Source: a virus
Reading direction: 5' to 3' (one strand)
IMG/VR virus record: IMGVR_UViG_3300017774_005745
Location: 32,001-96,000 of that record
Length of the DNA stretch: 64,000 bases
The notes beneath the pieces are model-generated. The model saw only the letters and a list, made by a program, of their open reading frames with translations. It had not been told where the DNA came from and made no database searches. Below, piece by piece: positions 61,453 to 64,000 of the stretch. The stretch's first letter is position 1. Each line of letters starts with the position of its first letter. Both the position numbers and the translations under genes were made by a program.

Positions 61453-61854
61453 ATGTCACTTGAGAAAATTGCAGCAGACTTCGGATACGAAATCGATGAG
61501 ATTGAGTCTATCGCTCAGGAGTATCTTGAGAAGATCGCAATCTCAGATGAGCTCGCGGGGCGCGCTGGAGCAGAGCGATCTGTTCGTGCGGCAGAGGCAG
61601 CCGGAGTCAAGACAAAGGGGCTCGGACAGTACTCACCAAGTAATATGCTGAAGTCGCACGCTGCCGGGATGAAGTACATGGCCAGCCCGAAGGGTCAACT
61701 TCACCTGAGGAGAGGCATGAAGGCGAATATGACGGGTGGCACGGAGCAGTACTTCAAAGGCATTGGAGATATTGCCTCTGAACGCGGCAATAAGGTTACT
61801 GGTGCTTTCGCTCGCCTCGCTGGAAAAGGCCTGAACAAGATGCTCAAGAAGTAA
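61453..61854 (+). CDS. Acidic leader plus basic module; putative internal virion protein
   Basis: MSLEKIAA...YLEKIAIS, then a K/R/G/A-rich module. Confidence 0.55.
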   Translation: MSLEKIAADFGYEIDEIESIAQEYLEKIAISDELAGRAGAERSVRAAEAAGVKTKGLGQYSPSNMLKSHAAGMKYMASPKGQLHLRRGMKANMTGGTEQYFKGIGDIASERGNKVTGAFARLAGKGLNKMLKK

Positions 61855-61870
61855 TCTCTTAAGGAATACA

Positions 61871-62335
61871 ATGCACACACGCACTACCATCCACCGGGGA
61901 ATGCAGTTCGGTAAGGTCCTCAATACGGCTCAGAGGACCTCTTCCCTTTTCGCAGAAGAGCCTGTCGTACTCGGAAAGGTGTTTCGACGGGGCTACCCTC
62001 CGATGGAGATTACGGATGAGCAGTACAAGAGAAACATGACTCATCTGGTACGGCTCATGAAGGCTGGCGCGATTACTATGGTACGGCAGCTCGTGCCAGA
62101 TTCGCCTGAAGATGAAGCCATCCTTCGAGGTGAGACTCCTGTCGTCACCGACACACAGCCACCTGCGCCACCAGTATCAACCACTCCAGTAGTCTCAGAA
62201 GAGGCAGAGCAGACAGAGCAAGCCCCAGAGACCGTGCAGACTGCTCCTGAGGCACCAGTTGCCCCCGTAGCTCCGTCAGCCCCCGTTGAAGAGGTTCCAG
62301 AGGTCTCGAAGAACAAGAAAGGCAAGAACAAGTGA
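61871..62335 (+). CDS. Hypothetical protein with P/E/A-rich tail
   Basis: AAGGA RBS; 154 aa. Confidence 0.7.
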   Translation: MHTRTTIHRGMQFGKVLNTAQRTSSLFAEEPVVLGKVFRRGYPPMEITDEQYKRNMTHLVRLMKAGAITMVRQLVPDSPEDEAILRGETPVVTDTQPPAPPVSTTPVVSEEAEQTEQAPETVQTAPEAPVAPVAPSAPVEEVPEVSKNKKGKNK

Positions 62336-62655
62336 GAGTGTTCAATCTGACACCGCAGTCTCTCGTCTACAGAGGCCGTTCGATTCCTCCGTATGGGTCT
62401 GAGGAAATCGCTGTTGCATTCATTCCAAACAGAGACCTGGCTCTTCAGAAGGCCGGAGTTCTTTCGTTTGGCTCTCTACCCAATGGTTGGAAGCCGCCAG
62501 AACCAAAGCCGGAGCCGCTTCAACAGGCTGCTACTCTTTTGAAGGAGTTCATCAAGGCGGAGTTGGCTGCTCCTGGTATTCTTCGAGAGGCATTCCCAGC
62601 CGAAGAAGTACAGATTGCTGATAAGCTCGACACGTCCTTCAAGAAGAAGAAGTGA
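62332..62655 (+). CDS. Hypothetical protein
   Basis: GTGA-coupled, 107 aa. Confidence 0.65.
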   Translation: MRVFNLTPQSLVYRGRSIPPYGSEEIAVAFIPNRDLALQKAGVLSFGSLPNGWKPPEPKPEPLQQAATLLKEFIKAELAAPGILREAFPAEEVQIADKLDTSFKKKK

Positions 62656-62665
62656 GGGTCCGACT

Positions 62666-64000
62666 ATGATTAAGGCCAGAGGCGTTTATTTGATCCTGTT
62701 GGTGGGTCTCTTCGCATACGCGAATCCGACGCCATCTCCGCCGTCAGACGCAACAGCAACCAAAAGAGGTTTGGTCAACACCACATCTCAGACGTTCTCT
62801 GGCCTTAAGACCTATGTCGATGGCGGCATCATTGCCGACCTTCGAACTGGTTCTACTTTCGAAGGGAATCCTATCCTTACTGGATTCTCAGATGGCGGTT
62901 CTTCCTTCATTACCTCGACGACGCCTATTATCAATGGCAGGTCGTTTGAGACTACCGGCTCGCTAAATTTGTTTGTGAACGGGGAACTGGGAAACGACAA
63001 CAACGATTGTACAGATGGCGGACCGTTCGCCTGTGCCACTATCTCCGGTGCGCTCTTTCGGACACCCCGCGAAATACAGCACACTACGATTATCACTACC
63101 CAAGGTCTTTCTGACGGAGGCGTCCTCGACTACGCCGGGTTCCTGTTGGACCCGAGCTTCAGATTTCGACTCGACTCGGGTATCACGACGACTGCGCTAC
63201 TGACCATCCGTGGGACGTTGGGGCCTGCCATTCTCGACTCGGGCACTGGCGGCTACGGGACCAGCCCCATCGTGCAAGCAGCGTGGGGGGACTGGGATGC
63301 TGGAGGCGGATCGACTGATGGAGGCCTCGTTCAAGACGACTTCAACTACGCCTCGTTCGGTGTGCCCGACGCAGGTTGGACACCGGGCGACCTGCGCGGG
63401 CGGTTCGCCCGCTTCAATCGAAGTGATGGTGGCACGTCCGCGTTCGTCCCCATCTTCGACAATTCATCCGATCGCATCTTCCCGGTCTTCCAGCAGACGA
63501 GCACGAACTACACGGGCGGGTTCTACGAGAACTTCGACATTGTAGAGCCGAAGACTCGAATCACGACGGCGCGGCCGGGGTCGACGTCTGAGCTCATCCG
63601 CGTCCACCCGGTGCGACAGTCGCTTCCGAGCATCACCATTAGTTGGCATGATATCGCTCCGGTCGGTTCACTCACTATCAACATCGCAGGCGGCGGCGTC
63701 ACCTTCGTCAACGACCGAATCAACTGGGGGCCTGTCGACCTCATTAACATCAGCGGCTACGGCTCTGCGGTGTCTATCAGCGGCTCGGTGGCGCGGACTA
63801 CAGGAGGCGGCCGCTACCTTCTCGCTGACTCGGCTATCGGGACTAGCGTGTCCTTCCTCACCAGCCTCTTCTACGGGACCGCCAAGCAACTGCTCGTGCG
63901 AGCGGGCGGGAACGGAGGTGTCTGGAGCGTCTCAAGCAGCACCATTCTCAACCTCGCCTCGCTCTGGACAGTGACGTCGGTAGTTGGCAACGACTCTCAC
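62666..64000 (+). CDS. Signal-peptide-bearing fibre/beta-helix-like protein (3'-truncated; absent from the ORF track)
   Basis: Open for 445 codons to the window end: MIKARGVYLILLVGLFAYA-NPTP...ATATKRGLVNTTSQTFSGLKTY...LFVNGELGNDNNDCTDGGPFACATISGAL; GAGG RBS. Confidence 0.75.
   Translation, partial: MIKARGVYLILLVGLFAYANPTPSPPSDATATKRGLVNTTSQTFSGLKTYVDGGIIADLRTGSTFEGNPILTGFSDGGSSFITSTTPIINGRSFETTGSLNLFVNGELGNDNNDCTDGGPFACATISGALFRTPREIQHTTIITTQGLSDGGVLDYAGFLLDPSFRFRLDSGITTTALLTIRGTLGPAILDSGTGGYGTSPIVQAAWGDWDAGGGSTDGGLVQDDFNYASFGVPDAGWTPGDLRGRFARFNRSDGGTSAFVPIFDNSSDRIFPVFQQTSTNYTGGFYENFDIVEPKTRITTARPGSTSELIRVHPVRQSLPSITISWHDIAPVGSLTINIAGGGVTFVNDRINWGPVDLINISGYGSAVSISGSVARTTGGGRYLLADSAIGTSVSFLTSLFYGTAKQLLVRAGGNGGVWSVSSSTILNLASLWTVTSVVGNDSH

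Noticed and set aside
1-64000. tRNA, rRNA, CRISPR arrays, transposases or integrase
   Set aside because: Intergenic gaps were read by eye and no cloverleaf, direct-repeat array or DDE/tyrosine recombinase motif was seen. A tRNAscan-SE/CRT run would be the formal check.
1-64000. Alternative genetic code (stop-codon reassignment)
   Set aside because: Long conserved genes are intact under code 11 and end in TAA, TGA and TAG at expected positions with coupled downstream starts.

Overview
The window is a 64 kb segment of a large tailed dsDNA phage genome (contractile-tail type, standard genetic code), not a bacterial chromosome. The plus strand carries virion and lysis genes: baseplate, a 1500-aa beta-helical tail fibre, holin-like and Rz/Rz1-type spanins, portal, central spike, terminase large subunit, maturation protease, scaffold-like proteins and major capsid protein. 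It also carries a 2087-aa single-chain beta-beta' RNA polymerase. The minus strand carries an approximately 19 kb replication/recombination block (RusA, ThyX, Tmk, Cas4-like nuclease, Hjc-like nuclease, RecA, HU-like, PolA, primase, DnaB, family-4 UDG, SF2 helicase) and three small antisense islets inside the structural region. The lipoprotein spanin implies a diderm host, and DAG/DGG linkers with high-GC patches suggest Myxococcota (inference). Three observations stand out. (1) The fused RNAP is compact, lacks the beta' N-terminal zinc domain and has a remodelled rifampicin pocket. (2) A bipartite motif, MAARW-N14-GGNATAAG, lies upstream of minus-strand genes or units at four sites. (3) About 14 head-region proteins are built from modules delimited by K-x-A/S motifs. 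Homologous module starts are shared between genes and some modules differ in GC content, suggesting a protease-processed, shuffled capsid-cargo system. No CRISPR array, tRNA, rRNA or transposase was seen. All family assignments come from motif recognition by eye; no database search was run.
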